A stretch of DNA of 63,615 nt, the filler included, from Klebsormidium nitens (Eukaryota > Plantae > Klebsormidiophyceae): NCBI GenBank assembly GCA_000708835.1. It is 6 parts of 6 records of this genome, joined end to end, with 100 filler letters (N's around TTAATTAATTAA, not from the genome) between each part and the next. Parts side by side here need not be neighbours in the genome. Positions count along the whole stretch, not along the records: positions 59,226 to 63,615 come from DF238508.1; 5 more parts are not named here. One strand, written 5' to 3'. Positions 59,226 through 63,615 of the stretch are shown piece by piece (within the stretch, counting starts at the first letter, position 1; each line of letters starts with the position of its first letter). Under the pieces are notes generated by a model. That model saw nothing but the letters and a program-made list of their open reading frames with translations, searched no databases and was not told where the DNA came from. The position numbers and the translations under genes are program-made.

Positions 59226-59335
59226 CGGATACCTCAATTACACTACGACTCCCTACCATGAATTTCAACACTCCATATGTATTGTGTGAACTTGATCATT
59301 CAATCATTCATTCCAAACACAACGTGTTTCAAAAG
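59226..59335. repeat. Fragment of the copia-family LTR in opposite orientation
   Basis: 59267-59301 is the exact reverse complement of 60610-60644 (gaatgatcaagttcacacaatacatatggagtgtt), with weaker similarity out to ~59335. Confidence 0.8.
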
Positions 59336-60575
59336 TCCGTTTTGGAGATCATCTTGCCGGCGCAACGGTATGGCTGATGGCCGTTGATAGTCCGGACCAG
59401 TCAGAGATATTGAAGCTGGATCTGACCTCATTGCTTGAGTTGATCTGCTGCAAAAGATGCCCGCATACTAGCGGATGCTTGGCCGGCTGCGTGTACACCT
59501 GAAATTGAAAGCGAAACCGTTGCAAAAGCTGCATGCAAATCTTCAAGCCATAGTTGAACTTGATCTAATGTGGTCGGATTTTGAAATGGACATCAAAGAG
59601 GGGCGGCAATCTCAGTAAGGGTTGAAAGAGACCTTTTCGACTACAATAGGCGGAGCATGCATGTTATCAATACACAGATGAAACAGATTTGAGTGTACGT
59701 TCGATTGTCAACATTCGCTTCCGTCCCTTTTTCTCATGATGTCGCGATCCCGATCGCACTCCAAGGATCCGTCTTTTATCCCGCTCAGATTCCACGGGCC
59801 CGTCTTCGATGATATTTCTTTGTTGGCACCATGCTTAGTTGTGCCATCGTTATCACCTTAAGTTCTTAAGCCGCTTGATGCCCAGCTATGCTACCATCAA
59901 AACTAACATGACCTTCAGTGTCATTAGGTGATCGTGGTTGGCTTTTGCAAGCTTCCAAAATTCTCCTTTTTTTAGAAATGTGTGCGTCATTCGTTCTGTG
60001 TCCTCAACTACACAACGACCCCCTTCCATGTCTTTCAACAGTGTTGAGACGCAATTTTCGATAAATGAGGTGAACAGACACGTGTAAGACGGTGGGCGCA
60101 AGGGCGTGAAGATGTTGGCGCGAGCATTTGATGATGGGTTTGAAAGTGTGAATATCGTAAGTGAAGCGCCAAAAGGCTAAGAAGCCCGTGAAGAAGCCGA
60201 AGTGTCGAGATTCTCTACTAGAATGAGGCGTGAGCCCGCAAAGTGGTACCAGGCAGTGGTGGGAGCTATGTACAGCGGAAGCCGTGGGAGCCAAAGAGCC
60301 GGAGCACGGAGTGGAAAAGACGTTGCCGGAAAAGGGCTTTGCATTGTGCTATCAAGAAAGCGAGGGTAACGAAAGTGGAAGCGCGTGGGGACGCCAAAAT
60401 AAAAAGAAGGCGGCACGCAAGGAGAACAAGAAGACATGTCACAAAACTAGAGTTGAACTCGTTTAAATAGGAGAGTTAGAATATGGTGATTATGGCCAGC
60501 CGAATTATTGTGATCCAACAAGGTCCCATCCGAGTTAGGGTTTGGACTAGTGAACGCCGACGTGCTTACACGGCA

Positions 60576-60949
60576 TGTTGAAATTCGGCGTTGTTGAGAA
60601 TGAATTATCGAATGATCAAGTTCACACAATACATATGGAGTGTTCGGAGTCTTAGGCGGCGCTACCCTAGAGTCACACTACCTAGAGTCACACTCCTAGT
60701 CTAGGTCTAACACTGATAGCCTAGTAGGCTCAGTTGACCGCATATAAGCAAGTCCGGAAATCTCGCGCAAATCTGAATATCTACGGCTGTTGTCGAACCT
60801 ACTCATTACGGCGGTACTCATTAAGTCATTCGGGTGTAACGCTGTAACCCGCGCGCATTTAACCGCCAACCGCTAACTACCGGTTATCGTCGAACTCCCG
60901 TCGACGTCATCCAGGAAATCGCGCACCACTAAATGCCCGAGTCTCAACA
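60576..60949 (-). repeat. Copia 3' LTR (374 bp)
   Basis: Bounded by TGTTGA...TCAACA and immediately follows the purine-rich tract gtgtgtggggag (60961-60950, minus strand) just downstream of the RNase H stop. Confidence 0.85.
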
Positions 60950-63521
60950 CTCCCCACACACTAATGACTTATGCAATCCCTATCTCGCTCTTGCACCTCT
61001 TGAACGTCCCCGGTGCCAGCGCCTTGGTCATGATGTCCGCCTTCATGTCCTCCGTCCCGCAGTACGCGAACGCGACCACCTTGCGTGCCACACGCTCTCG
61101 TGCAAAGTGATGAATCACGTCAATTTGTGCTTCGATCGCTGTGAAGCGATTGGGTACTTGAGAAGCCGTATTGCCCCTTGGTTGTCGCACAAGATACGGA
61201 CCGTCCCTAGGTCCAACTCAAGATCTCCCCCGAGCTTGCGGAACCACAGCGCCTCCTTCACCGCTTGCGCTGCGCTCATATACTCCGCCTCCACTGTCGA
61301 GGCCGCCACCGTTGGCTGCTGCCTACTCGACCAGCTCACCCGCCCCCCGTTTGTGGACCGCTTTGTGTCCACGTTACCCGCATAATCCGCGTCGCCATAA
61401 GCGATGAGAGTCTCTCTGTTCCCCCCAAAGGTTACCCCGTCCTCTGCCGTACCCGCTAGGTAGCGCACAACTCCAAGCGCCGCCCGCCACTTGCTCCTCC
61501 CTCGGCCCCGCCATAAAGCGCGCAAGCGAGCCAACTGCTTGTGCAATGTCCGGCCGAGTGCACACACTCAAGTACAACAAGCTCCCCACGCACTCATTGT
61601 AGGGAAACCCGCTTTGTGTCGAGGGGTTCACGTTCTTTGGTTGATTTGTCCCCCGTTCCGAGAGGGACCGAGCGCGCCCGAGCGCTCGCTAGCCCGTACC
61701 GTCCGACAAGCTCCCCCGTCAGCTTCTTATGGATTAGCTTCAGGGTGCGCGCCTCCCATCGCGCGTCAGCTCCATGCCGAGGAAGTATTTCGCCTCCCCC
61801 TGGTCGCGCACGTCGAACTTCTCCCCCAAATGCGCCTTTACTTTGGCAATGCGGTCCGCTCCCCGAGCCGCCACTAGGATGTCGTCCACCCACACCACTA
61901 GGTAGACCCGCTCCCCGGCTACTACTTCCGTGAAGAGCGCCGCGTCCGCCTCACAAACTCAAAGTTCTTGAGCTCCTCCTTCAGGCGCATGTGCCATGCA
62001 CGCGGCGCCTGGCGCAACCCGTATAAGGTGCGCTTGAGGTGGCAAACCATGTTGGGCCCACCTTGCTCGTATCCCCGCGGCTGCTGCATGTAGATCTCCT
62101 CCTCCAGCTCCCCATTGAGGAACGCCGTCTTGACATCTAGCTGGTGCAGCTCCAAGTCGCGCTCCGCGACCACCACCAATAGCGCACGCAAAGTCGTGTG
62201 CTTGCTCACTGGGGCGTAGACTTCCTCAAAGTCAATTCCCTGCTTTTGCAGGTACCCTTTCGCCACTAGTCGGGACTTGTTCCGCTCCACATTTCCGAGA
62301 GCGTCCCGCTTTATGGGAACCGGCTTCACCCCTTCCGGTTTTTTGACAAGCTCCCAGGTCCCGTTTTTCCAACAAAGACCGCATCTCCTCGTCCATTGAC
62401 TTCCCCCATAGTTCACTCTCTTCTCCCCCTACGGCTTCCTGATAAGTCTGCGGTTCTGGGTGCTCCCCCGTCCCTTTGAGGTGCTCCCCCGCTTTCAGTT
62501 CCGCCGCTAAGGTAGCGCGGTACCACTCCCCCGGTGCGCGTCTCTCATGCGCAAAGTACCTCTGGGCAGCCGGTGTTTGCATCCCGATATCCTCCTCAAT
62601 CTCTTCCGGCTCTGCCCGAGTCTCGCGCACAGTTTCAAACTTGCCCTCATTTCGGCCCGTCTGCGAAAGCGCGCGCGGCGGCCGCGGGTCGTCGGGCGCG
62701 CGCGCGGCCGCGTCGCCCTCGCGCAGAGATTCAACTTTTGGCCCCTCATGGGCCTCCGTGTGAACCTGTGCGCCGTGACCTTCCGCCGTCTGGGAACCTT
62801 CCATGGGGTCGGAGCCAAGCTCGAAAACCCCATCCCCGCTGATCCCCTCGTCAAAGATGACGTCCCGGGAGATGATCAACTTCCCGTCACGATCCCGGAG
62901 CAACCTATACGCCTTCGAGTCCGGCTCGTACCCCACGAACACACATCGCTCGCTCACCGGATCTAGCTTACGCCTTCGCAGCTTAGGGACGTGGCGGAAC
63001 GCTCGGGCCCCAAAACCCTCATATGCCCGACATTCGGTTTTTCACAGACGAAAACTTCCGAGGGAGTCCTCCCGTGGGCGCTCACGGGCGTCCGGTTCCG
63101 GGTGTAGTTGGCCGTCACCACGGCTTCCGCCCACAATTCTCTGGCCAACCCCGAGTCCTCAAGCATTGCCCGGGTCTTCTCCTCCAAATCCCGGTTAAGC
63201 CGCTCCGCCGACCCATCCTGCTCGGCGCTATAGGGGGCGGTTTTCTCGTGTACCGTCCCCTTGCCCCCGAAAACGTTTTCAACGGCCTTGTTGACGTACT
63301 CCTTGCTCCGGTCCGTCCGTACCGACTTGAGCTTCTTCTCCGATTGCAGCTCCAACCAGTTCACCACACGCTCAGTGACCTTGGCCACCTCGCTCTTCTG
63401 CTTCATGGGGACTACAAACGAGAGCTTGCTGTAGTCCAAGAACGTGGCAAAGTACCGGCTTTCCCCTACCGAGGCTACTGGCATTGGCCCGCAGACGTCC
63501 ATGTGGACTAGCTCGAGGGGC
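60576..63521 (-). mobile_element. Degenerate Ty1/copia LTR retrotransposon (IN-RT-RH-PPT-3' LTR)
   Basis: Integrase PLELVHMDVCGPM..VRTDRSKEY..PYSAEQDGSAERLNR. CVFVGYEPDSKAYRL and EPQTYQEAV. RT KSRLVAKGYLQKQGIDFEEVYAPV, LHQLDVKTAFLNG, LYGLRQAPRAW and VWVDDIL. RNase H GDADYAG..CDNQGAI..ADIMTKAL. Split over several frames. Confidence 0.93.
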
Positions 63522-63615
63522 TGTTGAAACACAGCGTTGTTGGAAGTGATATTCAATCAATCAAGTTCACACAATGTATATGGAGTGTTCCGAGTCACGG
63601 CGTATCTTTAGGTCT
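63522..63615 (-). repeat. Related copia LTR end inserted at the start of the integrase core; runs off the window
   Basis: On the plus strand tgttgaaacacagcgttgttgg..atcaagttcacacaatgtatatggagtgttccgagtc aligns to the LTR end at 60576. On the minus strand it abuts the PLELVH codons. Confidence 0.8.

Noticed and set aside
59886-60470. Short ORFs between the viral contig and the copia LTR
   Set aside because: No recognisable motifs or splice support.

Overview
Eukaryotic, intron-rich, GC-rich genomic scaffold with N gaps. Splice style, a flagellar central-pair gene, a plant-type GH19 chitinase and a methyltransferase-bearing Ty3/Gypsy element suggest a streptophyte alga such as Klebsormidium (inference). 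The left ~24 kb holds host genes: a multi-exon SPAG17/PF6-like gene (+, 819-16166), a GH19 chitinase with a P/T hinge exon (-, 17903-21621) and the 3' part of a single-pass cell-surface protein (+, 22917-24117). The middle (~25.3-44.6 kb) is a diverged tail-to-tail inverted pair of uncharacterised multi-exon genes that match exon by exon; one carries ~16 prion-like 10-aa repeats. The right third is a mobile-element cluster: (1) a Ty3/Gypsy retrotransposon with a C5 cytosine methyltransferase between protease and RT, where a single in-frame TGA (TGA CAA TTC ATG) separates DNMT from RT-RNaseH-integrase and an RD/RG-rich exon appears to splice onto gag; (2) the 5' part of a KDZ-type transposase; (3) a GC-rich intronless virus-like contig encoding a Prim-Pol/Zn-finger/D5 primase-helicase; (4) a decayed Ty1/copia with an intact 3' LTR, interrupted by a related LTR. 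Adjacency across the TTAATTAATTAA-linked gaps is unverified. All family assignments come from motif recognition by eye, not from database searches.
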